This document shows, one piece after another, positions 51,001 to 63,410 of a stretch of DNA of 64,000 bases (its first letter is position 1; the number at the start of each line of letters is the position of its first letter). A model generated the notes under the pieces. That model worked only from the letters and a program-made list of their open reading frames with translations, was not told where the DNA came from and ran no database searches. Origin of the DNA: Chiloscyllium plagiosum (lineage: Eukaryota); assembly GCF_004010195.1 (NCBI RefSeq), contig NC_057749.1, positions 18,656,487 to 18,720,486 on the forward strand, written 5' to 3'. Position numbers and translations under genes: made by a program.

Positions 51001-51385
51001 TGGTTCAGGATGGTATACATAGTTGCAACAAGGAGGAAAGTTTGAAGGAGTAATGATAGCATCAGCCAAATAGAAATAGGAAAATTATGATTTGACACAG
51101 ATTGGAAAAGGGAAAGTTGAGTAAATTATGATTTGTCCTGACAAACTTTCCCTTTTGGTCTAATTTTAGTAAAATATTTTTACAAGTAAATGTTATTTCC
51201 TATATACGTTTACTTCAGCATCTTCCATCATGCAGTGAAGGGGAATTTAACAGATACAGCATATCTTCTGTAACTTCTATACTTTTGTCCATCAGTTGCA
51301 AAATGTACTTTTCGCCTCAGCAGACTTGTTTCAAAGTGAGAAGTGAAAGAGCTGCCCCTCCTTTCCATCTTGAACATGACTAGAT

Positions 51386-51647
51386 AGAAAATGAGGGCTG
51401 CAGATGCTGGAGATCAGAGTCAAGAGTGTGGTGCTTGAAAAGCACAGCAGGTCAGACAGCATCTGAGGAGCAGGAGATTTGACGATTTGGGCAGTGATGA
51501 AGGGCTTATGTCCGAAACATCGATTTTCTTGCTCCTCAAATGCTGCCTGACCTGCATGACTAGATTCTGGATTAGTGGTACTGGAAAAGCACAGCAGTTC
51601 AGGCAGCATCCAAGGAGCAGTAAAATCGACGTTTCTGGCAAAGTTTT
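51386..51647. mobile_element. Two serially inserted family-A elements (51386-51554, 51566-51647)
   Basis: CATGACTAGAT occurs three times (51375, 51555, 51653); second TSD ACCTGCATGACTAGAT (51550-51565, 51648-51663). Confidence 0.8.
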
Positions 51648-53284
51648 ACCTGCATGACTAGATGTTGTTCAATCTTTGTCATGTCTAGTTCTATTGTTTG
51701 TCAACACTGCCCCACCCTCCTTTCCTTCTGTTAGCCTGGGGTGATCATGTTGATTGTGATGACAGGCCTTCTCAACTCTGGTGTTTCCACAACATATATG
51801 ATCATTGTTTGACTAATGTTAGATACCTTTTTAGCAGCTGATTGATGGGTAGCAATTAAGGAAGTAAAGTATTCACAATGATCAAAACCATTTCCTTTAT
51901 CTTATTTCAAATGTAAACATTGTGTGGATATGGACACTGAAATCATGTGCCCAATCTATAATTCAATAAATATTTTCCAAACAAAAATAGATTTTGTCTT
52001 AAGATCGTAGAGACATACAGCACAAAAGAAAGTCCTTTGATCCAACTCATCCATGCCAACCCTAAACTAATTTAGTCCTATTTGCCAGCACTTGGTCCAT
52101 ATCCCTCTAAACTCTTACTGTTCATATAGCCATCCAGATGCCTTTTAAATGTTGTCATTGTACCAGCCTCCACCACTTCTTCCAGCAGCTCATTCCACAT
52201 ATGCACCACCCCCTCTGCATGAAAAAGGTGTCCCTTAGGCCACCTTTAAATCTTTCCCCTATGCCCTCTAGTCCTTAGCAATACTTGTGACCAAAAACAT
52301 TCATTCACAGTGAATTTACCATTCTCAATGCTTTGTTTGGCCTGCAACTTTCCATCTTAATTTGCTGAAAATAATGTTTAAAATTAATATCAAGGACTGG
52401 CTCAGTGGTTAGCACTGCTGCCTCATAGCACCAAGAACCAGGGTTCGATTCCATCATTGGGCGACTGTCTGTGCAGAGTCTGCACATTCTCCCTGTATCT
52501 GTGTGGTTTTCCTCCAGTAATCCGGTTTCCCCTCTTAACCCAAAGATGGGCAGGTTAGGTGGCTTACCCAGAGGAAATCAGGGTTACACAGATAGGGTAG
52601 GGGGATGGGTCTGGGTGGGATGCTCTTTGGAGGGTTGGTGTGGACATCTTGGGCCAAATGGCCTGCTTTTGCACTGTAGGGATTCTATGATTATAATAGG
52701 CAACACAAAGGAACAATAATCCTTTGGATCACTATCCAAACAGAAGGTTTGAGACTGGCCCAAAAGAAGGTAACTCCCACTATAATAACTGCATCTGTCA
52801 CAACTTTCCTTCCCCTCACCTCATGTAATAACATTAAAATAACAGGTTTTAAAGATGGACTTAAAGATTTTCCTGCTGTATTTTTACTGTGTTAATGTTG
52901 TGGGTAAGTAATTGTTGTCAAATACACCCCTCTGGTCGTTAGTAATTTTAATCGATCTTAATTATTGTAAAGTCAGTTTTTCTATGGAGTGTGTGTCAAT
53001 GTGTCGATAACTTAAAATGTTCTGCCACTCTCCTGGCCAATCCTGAACTTTCAGGTGAGCTTATTGAAAGATCAAGGTTTTTGTTTGTTGTGGGGGGAGG
53101 ATTTGAAATGTTTGTTTACCCTCCCTGCACGTCTCAATGTCTCAAGTAGGGCCAATTTTCAACTGCAGTTGTCTTTTAAAAATGTCAAAAGCAAGTATGC
53201 AAATAAATCCCAAGAGAAAGCTATCAATTAAGGTTAGGAACAAAGAACATAGGAGCAACAAAAGAATGAAACTAGGCAGACCAC

Positions 53285-55212
53285 CTAACATCAATCTGGG
53301 CACCTGAAAAGATAACAGCAGAAATAGCTCTATCGAGCCTGCAAAGTCATCCTTACTAACATCTGGGAGCTATTGTCAAAATTGGGGGGCGCGGTCTCAT
53401 ACACGGGTCAAGCAACAGCCTGATATAGTTGTACTCATGGAATCATGACTTGCAGACAATGCCTCAGACATCACCATCACCATCCCCAGATATGTTCAGT
53501 TCCACCAGCAGTAAAGACCCAGCAGGCATGGTGGCACTGAGGTATACAGTCAGGAGGAAATTGCCCCGCGAATCCTCAACATTGACTCTGGACCCCAAGA
53601 AGTCTCATGGCATTACATTAAAGACAAGCATGGAAACCTCCTGCTGATTACTATGTACTGTCTTCCCTTACCTGATGAATCAGTACTCCTCCATGTTGAA
53701 CAATATTTGGAGGAAATACCGAGGGTGGCAAAGATGTAAAATAAATTCTGGTTGGGAGATTTCAATGTTCACTAGAAAGAGTGGCTCAGTAGCAGCGCTA
53801 CAGATCCAAGGACATTGCCACTAGACTGGGTCTGTGGCAGGTGTTGAGGGAAAAACTGACTTGACCTATTCATTAGCAATCTGCTGGCTGCAGATGCATC
53901 TATCCATGACCATCTCGATAAGAGTGACCAGGGCACATTCTCACATTGAGAATATCTCGATTGTATTGTGTGACATTACCACTGTGTCAAGTGGGACAAA
54001 CTTTGAACAGATTCAGTAACTCCAGACTGGGCATCCATGAGATACCGTGTGCCATCAAAACCAGCATAATCTGCAATCTCGTGGCCTGCATATCTCCCAC
54101 TTAGCCAGGACTATGAAAGCCAGAGGATCAAGCTTGGTTCAATGGAAAAGGTATGCCAGAAGCAGTATCAGGCATACCTGAGAATGAGGTGTCAACCTGT
54201 TGAAGCCACCAAACAGGACTACTTAAGTGCCAAACAGCAAAAGCAGCAAGTAATAGAATTAAGCAATCCTGCAAATCTGCAGAATTAAGCTCTGCAGTCC
54301 TGACAGTCATGAATTGTGGGGGACAATTAACAACTCACTGGAGGAGGAGGTTCCACAAATATCCCCATCCTCAATGATGGAAACGCCAAACACATCAGTG
54401 CAAAAGATAAGGCTGAAGCATTTGCAGCAATCTTCAGCCAGAAGTACCAAGTGAATGATCTATCTGAGCTTCCTCCAGTGCACCCCTGTATCACAGATGC
54501 CAGTCTTCAGCCAATTTGATTCACTCCACATGATCTCAAGAAACACTGAATGGAGACACTGGATAGTGCAAAGGCTATGGTGCCTGACAACATTTCAGCG
54601 ATAGTACTGAAGACTTGTGTTTCAGAACATGCAGCACCTGTAGCTAAGTATTTCCAGTACAGTTAGAAAACTGGCATCTGACTGACAATGTGGAAAATTA
54701 CCCAGGTATATCCTGTACACAAAAAAGTGGAACAAGTCAAATCACTGCCCATCAGTCTACCCTTAACCATTAATAAAATGATGGAATATGTCATCAACAG
54801 TGCTATCAAGCAGCACCTGCTCACTAATGCTCAGTTTGGGTTTCCCCAGGGCCATTCAGCTCCTAATCTTATTCCAACCTTCAAACATTGACAAAAGAGG
54901 TGAACTCCTGGTGTGAGGTGAGAGTGACAGCCCTTGATATCAAGACCACATTTGATTAAGTATGGAATCAATGAGCCCTAGCAAAATTGGAATCAATGGA
55001 AGCTAGGGGGCAAGCTCACCACCAGTTGGAGTCACACCTGGCATTTAGAAAGATGGTTGAAGTCGGTCATCTCAGCTTCAGAACATTTCTGCAGGTGTTC
55101 CTCAGGGTAGTGTCCTAGGCCCAACCACGTTCAGCAGTTTCAGCTGACTTTCTCTTCATCTTAATGTCAGAACTGGACATATTCACTGATTACACAATGT
55201 TCAGTACCATTC
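53285..55212 (+). mobile_element. Decayed CR1/L2-group LINE ORF2 (EN plus RT); 3' pieces of a similar family at ~8520-8960 and 23040-23370
   Basis: QQPDIVVLMES, LGDFNVH, KAMVPDNI, WKITQVYPVHKK, QFGFPQGHSAP, TALDIKTTFD, AGVPQGSVLGPT motifs with many stops. Confidence 0.75.
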
Positions 55213-57889
55213 ATAGAGTTTTACAGCATGGAAACAGACCCTTCAGTCCAATTCGTCCATGCTGACCAGATATTCTGCATTAATCTAGACCCATTGGCCA
55301 GCATTTGGTCCCTATACTGCTAAACCCCTCCTATTCATATATCCATCTAGATTACTTTTAAATGACTCTCTAACCTCCTCGACAACACATTTTCCTATCT
55401 ATCTTGATGTTATAGGCAAGTTCATCCACTAAATATTTGATGCCTTCATTCAAATCATTGAGATAGACTGTTAGTAATTGAGGCCCAGCATTGATCCTGT
55501 GGCATTCCAGTGGTTAGAACTTACCAACCTTAAAAAAAAATCAGTTTACCTCTATACTGTCCTTCCTGTTTGCTAATCACCCTTTTAGCCAGGTTAATAT
55601 GCTTTTTCCCTGCACCAGCTTGGATAGCAACCTTTTGTGGCATGTTCTTTAAACACCTTTTCAAAATTTAAGTACACCTCTATTGGTTCTTCTGTATCCA
55701 CTGTGAAAGTTACCTGACAAAAATCTCTAATAGGTTTGATTGAAGAGGATTTCACTTTCACGGAGCCATGTTGGTTTTGCCTCATTACATCATAGTTTTA
55801 TTATCAGTATTCTGCTGTCGCCTCCTTAACACTTTCTCTTTGAGATTTTCCTATCTCTTATGGGAAAGTCTGGATTTCTTGATATTCTGCATTATATAAA
55901 GGTTTAATTTCTGTTCCTGCCAACAACCATTATTCGCATTAACTCTCATACTGGCCAGATTTAAGTTCCAATTTCCATTAAATCCAAATGTGTTCAGTTT
56001 TGAGCTCTGAGATCCTTCCTTATCATTTTCAAAAGAATGGATGCATGAATAGGAAGGGTTTAGAGAGATATGGGCCAAATGCTGGCAAAGGGACTAGATT
56101 AATTTAGGATATCTGGTCAGCATGGACGATTTGGACCGAAGGGTCTGCTTCTGTGCTGTACATTTCTATATTTTTAGACAGTCCCTGAGAATGATGATGA
56201 CTTTCTTTTACTTGAGAGTTTTGGGTTCTGAGGTGGCTAAACAGACAAATGCTGGACCTACAAGTGGGACAGGTGTTATTTGAAGAAGTGGGTGCTGGAA
56301 TGTTCAGTTTTCACGTATTATTTCCAGTGTCTGTGCTTGGCCTTTAACTGTTTGCTCAGTTGGCTGGATAGCTAGTTTGCAAAACAGTGTGATGCCAACA
56401 TTGCAGGTTTATTTCTGACACCGGCTAAGGTCACCATGAAGGCCATCCCAACCTCACCCCTTGCCTGAGGCCAGGCAAAACTCAACAAAATCATTTCTTT
56501 CTTTCTATGGACCTCTGGGGCTATGATGACTTACTTTAAAAACCCATTTGAAAACAACAAACCCCTTCTCCTTCCCCCAGTCCGACTGAGAACGATGGTT
56601 GCTGGGTTTGAGGTGGAACATCTGGAATCAGGACTTGACACCATCTTGGCAAATATTTCACTCACATTTATAATTTACCTTGAATTAATTATAGAAAAAA
56701 TATATACCCATACTTTTTGATGGAATTAAATAGTATGCTTAAAAGTGGGTGGTTCTTTTTTTCTGCTAGAGCTGTGGTTGGGGAAGGGAAGACAGTTCCT
56801 CGTGGATACAAAAAGAACAAATTTTCAACCTACATCCTGATCAAAGGCAAGAAATTTGCTCCATGTGCACAACTAAAAATTAAACTCCAAGACGGACAAC
56901 ACAATGGTTAGGTATGGATAAAGAAAAATTCATCAACTTCCCTCAACGAAATGGCCACAAATTCTCATTCATACACAACATCTACATATATGACGTGCAT
57001 TGCAATTATCTCCATTGGGAAGCATAGGATATCCTGTGATCAATTACCATTTACTCTGAGTAATTGTCGAAGGTCATTTATTTTATGTCCAAAGTTCACA
57101 GCCCAAACTAAACATGAAAAAAACACTGGCACGTTTGGAAGTTGTGCACACGTTTAAAAACGTTAATCAATTTTCTTCCATTTGAAGTTTGAATCTACAT
57201 TTAGCAAACTTAATCTTGCATGATATCATAGTCAAAGCCTCTTCCATGTTCAAGTGACAAGAAACCAATGTAGGTGTTTGGCACCAAGTCAAAATCATCA
57301 GAGAGCTGGTGCAGACTTGATCAGTTGAATGGCTTTATTCTGTGATTTAATGATTCTGTGAACATGAAAGGATAATTCTTGTTTTAGAGCCAACTACCAA
57401 ACAATCAAATCCAGAATCTAATGCTGTGGGGAGATAAATACAAATCCCACCCGGCCAAGTAGGAGGAATTTAAATTCAATGAATAAATTTGGAATTAAAA
57501 AGCTAGTGTCCCTGCAAAATCCATCTAGTCCACTAGTGCCCTTTAGGGGAGAAAACTCTACCATCCTTACCCTTTTCTTCATGTAACTCTAGAGTTACAG
57601 CACATTTGACTCTTAACTGCCCTCTAAAATGACCAAATAAGCCACTCAATTCTGGGCCAGTTAGGGACAGGCAACAAATGCTGACACCAATATATGAACA
57701 AGGAATAAGAGTAGGGCACTTCACCCTTCGGGCCTGCTCTGCAATTCAAGATGGTCATGGCTGGTCTAATTTTAAACTCAACTGTACATTCTTGCCTAAT
57801 TTTTCAAGAATCTGTCTACCTCGGCCTTAAAAATATTTAAACAGTTTGCATCCACCGCTTCACCCACGTCCCGGGACGGACTTTTTAAA

Positions 57890-59410
57890 AAAGACAAGGT
57901 TCCACATCATAGACTGCTTAATGAGGTTGGATCACATGGAATACAGGGAGAACTAGCAATTTGGATTCAAAATTGACTGGAAAGTAGGAAACTGAGGGTG
58001 GTGGTGGAGGGATGCTTTTCAGACTGGAGGCCTGTAACCAGCGTTGTGCTGCAGGGATGAGTGCTGGGTCCAGTGCTTTTTGTCATTTGTGTAATGATTT
58101 GGATGTTAACATAGGTATAGTTAGTAAATTTGCAGATGAGACCAAAATTGGAGGTATGGCGGACAGCAAAGAAGATTACATCACAGTACATTATCTTGAT
58201 CAGACGGACCGATGGGCCAAGAAATTTGCTCTAATAATAAACTCCAAGACTGACAACACAATGGTCAGTAAGATAACGAAAAATTCATCAACTTCCTGAA
58301 ACAAAATGGCCACAAATTCTCATTCACACACAACATCTACATATATGACGTGCAGTGCAACTGTCTTCATTGGGAAGCATAGGATATCCTGTTGTCAATT
58401 ACCAATTATTCTGAGTAATTATATTTACTAGGGTAAATCAGTGCAGGACTTATACCCTTAATGGTAAGATCCTGGGGCATGTTGCTGAACAGAGAGATTG
58501 GAGTGCAGATTCATATTTCCTTGAAAGTAGAGTTGCAGGTAGACTGGGTAGCTAAGAAGGCGTTTAGTACGTATGCTTTTTTTAATCGGTGCATTGCATG
58601 TAGGAATTGGGAGGTCCTGTTGAGGCTGTACAGGACATTGGTGAGGCCACTTTTGGAAGACTGCATTCAGTTCTGGTCTCCTTGCTATAGGAATGTCATC
58701 AAACTCGAAAGGGTTCAGAAAATATTTACAAGGATATTGTCAGGGTTGGAGGGGTTGAGCTATAGAGAGAGGCTGATTAGGCTGGGGTTGTTTTCTCTGG
58801 AGCGTCAGAGGCTGAGCAGTGGCCTTAGAAGTTTATAAAATCATGAGGGATATATATATAAGATGAACAGTCAATGTTTTTTACCCAGGTCAAAAATCAC
58901 ATGGCACCAAGTTGTAGTCCAACGGATTTATTTGAAAACACAAATTTTCAGAGACTCATTCCTTTTTCAGGTACCCGTGACCTGAAGAAGGAGCAAGGCT
59001 CTGAAAGCTTGTGTTTTCAAATAAACCTGTTGGACTATAAGCTGGTGTCATGTGACTTTTGACCTTGTCTAACCCAGTCCAACACCAGCACCTCCATATC
59101 ATCTTTTCCACAGGATAGGGAAGTCCAAAATTAGAGGGCATAGGTTTAAGGTGAGAGATGAAAAATTTAAACAGGACCTAAGGGGCAATTTTTTCAGGCA
59201 GAGGGTGGTGCGTGTATGGTGTGAACTGCAGGAGGAATTGGTGGAGGCTGGTGCAATTACAATATTTAAAAGGCATCTAGATGTGTATTTGAATAGGAAG
59301 CGTTTGGAGGGATATGGGTCAAATGCTGACAAAAGGTTAATTTAAGGTCAGCATGGATGAGTTGGACCAAAGGGTTTGTTGGAACGCTATACATTTCTAT
59401 GACTCTAACT
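57890..59410 (+). mobile_element. CR1 LINE (RT and tail) containing a templated insert and a family-B hammerhead element
   Basis: EGCFSDWRPVTSV, SKFADETKIGG, EVLLRLYRTLVRPLLEDCIQFWSP; tail ends CTATGACTCT. Confidence 0.88.
58888..59101. mobile_element. Family-B palindromic element with near-intact hammerhead (58982-59010)
   Basis: CTGAAGA-A-GGAGC-aag-GCTCT-GAAA-GC-TT between inverted arms. Confidence 0.78.
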
Positions 59411-59509
59411 ATGTGTTTTTATAACTTTTAAACCATCTGATAATTGCACTGTTATTTGAGGTGAAAATTACACAAGAGAGGAAATGAAAGATATGATTGA
59501 AATTCTACC

Positions 59510-60465
59510 AAGTAAATAATCAAGAATTATTGTCACATGTACCTAGGTACAGTGAAAAGTTTTCTTTTGCATGCAATAGGGTCAAATCATACCATACAAA
59601 GTGTATTAGGATAATAGAAGACAACGAAGAATACAATGTTACAGCTGCAGTGAAGGCGCACAGACAGCGAGATCAACATCAAATTTAAAATTTGAGAGGT
59701 CCATTAGAAGTCTATTAACTGGTAAGAAGCTGTTAAAACTATTTGTATGTCTACGCAAACCTTTAAATCATCTCTCCAACGGAAGAAGGTGGAAGGGAGT
59801 ATAGCCAGGATGGGAGAGGTCTTTCACTATGTTGGTTGCTTTCTGGAGGCAGCAGGAAGTATAGCAAACGGATGGTAGGTTGCTTTACATGGTGGACTTG
59901 GCTGTGTTCACAACTCGTAGTTTCTTGCGGTCTTCGGAAGAGCAGTTGCCTTATTACACAGTACTGCATCCGACTGGGTGCTTTTTATCGTGCAACTATC
60001 AAAACTGGAAAGAGTCTTTGTGGAGCATGTCAAATTTCCTTAGCCTCCTGCGGAAGTAAAGATGTTGTGCTTTCTTGACCATTGTGTCGACATGAGTGGA
60101 CCAGGACAGATTGTTGATAAGCACTCAATCTCTTTCTTATATTCTGTCTTATCGTTGTTTGAGATACACTGTACGATGGTGTAGTCAGTAAACTTATCAA
60201 TGGAGTTGGGGTGGAATTGGCCACACAGTCATGAGTGTATAGGGAGCATGGTAGGGTGCTGGGTACACAGCCTTGAGTGACACCAGTATTGAGGATTATG
60301 GTGGAGGAGGTGTTGTTGCCGATTCTTACTGATTGCTGTCTATGGGAGAAGAAATTGAGGATCCAGTTACAGAGGAGAGTGTGGAGGTCTATGTCATGCA
60401 GTTCAGAGATGAATTTGTTTGGTATTGTGGTACTGAAGGCTGAGCTTTAGTCAATAAGCAATGGA
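59510..60465 (-). mobile_element. Rex1/Babar-type LINE 3' part
   Basis: Reverse complement similar to 11600-12050 and 15400-16200 (CNWILNFFSHRQQSVRIGNNTSSTIILNTGV..GCV; tail TGTGACAATAAT). Confidence 0.75.
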
Positions 60466-60589
60466 CTTGCAGAAATGACTTTGTAGAAATTGGATCCATC
60501 AATTAAAATTATAATCACAATTGCCTTGACATTCATTCTAATTGCCCTGGGTGAAACTAAACCTTCAATTACTGAAGTTAAGTCAGCAA

Positions 60590-61147
60590 ACAATAAAAGC
60601 CGGGAAAATGAAAGTCCCGCCAATCTACCGAGATTCCCATTGGTCTATTCCCCTGCCAATCACGTAAGTTTGCTCGATAATTGGGGAATCACGTAAATCA
60701 ATCCACTTATGCGCGGGAGATATAAAACAACTTTAATGAAAGGAAATTTCAATTTCTCCTTATCTCCTACCGAAATGCCAGTGGATTCATTCAATACATT
60801 CTCCTTTAAAAAGTGTTCTTTCTCAGAATGATTGCAAATGTGAAATAAAACCCCGCTTTCCCGCCACACACAGCCCGCACCCACCCCACCCCCAAAGCCG
60901 CCTGTTGATTGGTGAGTCGGTGCGGACGGTTTTATGAGACCCTCGCTCCGATTGGCGCGTCTCGGGAGGAGGAACGATCCGAGACGCTGGGTTGGGCAGT
61001 ATTCCCCGCACCCGCCAAAAGTGCCGGCCAATGGCGGGCCGCGATTGGCCGAGGGAAGAAGGCGCGAGCCGGGGCGGCCGGTTTAAAAGGGGAGAGGCGG
61101 GAGTGGCGCGAGCCTGTGGCCCCGCTCTAACCGCCCCCGTGACGAAG
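60590..61147 (+). promoter_or_regulatory. PCLAF: PCLAF promoter / CpG island with CDE-CHR, E2F and multiple CCAAT boxes
   Basis: GGCGG (61073-61077), 4-nt spacer, TTTAAA (61082-61087); TTTCCCGCC (~60857), TTGGCGCG (~60952), GGCGGGAG (~61097); about eight CCAAT/ATTGG motifs 60620-61048; high CpG density to ~61620. Confidence 0.85.
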
Positions 61148-61202
61148 ATGGTCCGCACCAAGGCTGACAGCCCGTCCACCTCCACCGGCTCCTTTCGCAA
61201 AG
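61148..61202 (+). CDS. PCLAF: PCLAF (PAF15/KIAA0101) coding exon 1
   Basis: aagATGG context; MVRTKADSPSTSTGSFRK then G|GTGAGG donor (phase 1), matching the PCLAF N-terminus MVRTKADS...YRKV; PCLAF is the known divergent neighbour of TRIP4 in human. Exon 2 not recognised in the window. Confidence 0.9.
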
Positions 61203-63189
61203 GTGAGGGGAATGCCAACAGACCGTCCGCTTCCCCCCGCACCCCGCACTCCTGGCAGCATCAGCCTGTCCCTTTCTCCAACATCCGTCTGTCGGTATGG
61301 GGGCGGGAGATGTCGAGCGGGCGCCGCCATCGCCGCCTCCTTCCCTTAAACCGCCGGTGTTACTGCGGGCCTGAATCGTCTCGCCTGTTAACCGGGATCT
61401 TTGGCGGACCCGCTTCTATCTTTTCATCCTTTATTTATTTTTTGGTTGTTGGGAGGTGTGTGTTTTATTTTAGTACACCGTGCTCCCCGCGGGAATCGGT
61501 GTGTGAGGTGGACGGCTCCCCGGCAATCCCCTCACACACTGTCCCTCCTGTTTTTTTTATATACCAACGTGGTCACCTTTTGGCGCTTTGACCAAGGCCA
61601 GGGTCCAGCGGGGGTTCGGTCTTTAATTCTTTCCCCTTACCCCCCCACTCTCCTCAACAATCGGCTGCCTCTTTAAGTATTAAATAGCGACCTTTTTTTT
61701 TGTGGTAAGTCACCTTTCACAAGTGGGTTCTCAAACAACTTCGCACTTAGGAATTAAATGGTATGACCCAGAGCTTTGTCCGAATACTTTTAAGGCAAAA
61801 TTAAATTTTAAAAAAAAAACCTATGTACCTGTCTGACATCGCAACCGATCAGGAAGCAATTCCGAGATGACCTTGTTGGATCTGGAAATGTTAACTTCCT
61901 TTTTTTTTTGTTCTTGTTTCCACAGATGCTGCTGTGTCTCTCCAGCGCATTCTGTTTTTGTTCCAGGCCAGGCAGTATCAGTTAAAGCTTCAGGTCCACT
62001 TTGTATCAGTTGAAAAGATTTAGATGATTAGGTTTTGAGCAAGTGGAAGAGAGGCAGGAGCACAAAAGGGAAGGTGCATTGAGAATCGATGACACTTAAT
62101 GGATTAAATGAAATGAGGCTTGATGCCGTGCACTTGATTATTGGTTTTAATGTCTGCATCGACTCTCTTCTGGTCACCACAGATCCACTGATTTTAAGCC
62201 TTGAAAGTACACTTAATCTACATTGCTCTAATTTGCAATCATGTACTCACTTTAATATACTGATCCAGAGTTGTTTACAGGAGTGCATCAGCCTGCCAAT
62301 AATACTAAACCAAAGTCTGGGGCAACTAACCAAAAGCTTGGTATGTAAGAGATCTCGGTAAGATCTTCAGGGAAGTCATTCCAGTGCTTGGTCTTAGACC
62401 GCTGAAGTGAGAGGATTTTATTGTACCTGATTTTTTTTGTTGAAAATCCTGCATTTGATTTGCATCATGCACCAGAAGAATTAGTTTGCCTTGTTTGAAT
62501 TTTGTCTTGTCTTTGAATACTGCAAGAATCAGAACTTAGGTGCCCTGTTTCCAAATGGCAAAGTTTGGACATGGGATGAAATTCAATATTTTGAAGCTTG
62601 CAGCTAATACAGAATAAGTAGGGATATCTTAGAGATCACTTTCAAGAAAATTTGGGTGAGAATATGGTAGATGGAGTGTAATGTGAAAATGTAGGATATT
62701 TCTGCATAGTAGCTTGGTTAAACATTTCAAATGCAATGCAGTTTTGGTCTCCCACTTTCCTAATACTTTCTCTTTGGAAAGAGTTTACATTCCCTGTAAG
62801 CTGCATAGCTACTGGGTGGTACTCTGTATGACGTTTAGTTGGGTGTTCAGAAGAAGTAGTTTAGGCCATGTTTGGAAGGAGTGTGAAGATTCACTAGATT
62901 GGTCCCCAGGTTGGCAGGACTGCCCTATAAAGAAATTGGGCTAAACTTGTCAGGCCCCTTTGGGTCATTGCTGACCATGGGTTGCATCCTCATTCTGGCT
63001 TTCTGCTTTCCTGAAGCAATGTTGCTTGTGTCTGAAGAGACCAATGATTGTCCTGGTTGAAGAAGTCACATCTTATGTGACCTTCGATCTGCTAGAACTG
63101 CTGCGCTCCTTCATGCCTGCTTCTCTGCTACAGTGATCATTAGCTTCTTTTCCCCTGGTTTGAGGTGTTGGTTCAGGGTGCTTCTCCAT

Positions 63190-63410
63190 CTCGTGCAGTC
63201 AGCTGCAAGCTATTCTCAGGACATAACGATATCAAGCACCTACTTGTCCCTTCCACTGACATCCTTGTAGCACAGCTAGGGACATCCAGTGGGTCTCTTT
63301 CCAGATGCAAGCTCTCCATAGAGCATATCCTTTGGGACGAGGCTCTTGTCCATGCAGTGGATGTGGTCCAACCACTACAGTGTCTGCTGCCTGAGCAGAG
63401 GACCATTGCA
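63190..63410 (-). mobile_element. RTE-clade LINE C-terminal fragment
   Basis: Minus strand WLDHIHCMDKSLVPKDMLYGELASGKRPTGCP.LCYKD, the RTE RW.GHV.RM...PK..LYGEL..G.R..GRP..RYKD motif. Confidence 0.7.

Noticed and set aside
60992..61591. 199-aa ORF containing MVRTKADS
   Set aside because: Read-through of a GC-rich CpG island from a non-ATG start; only 61148-61202 is coding, followed by a GT donor.
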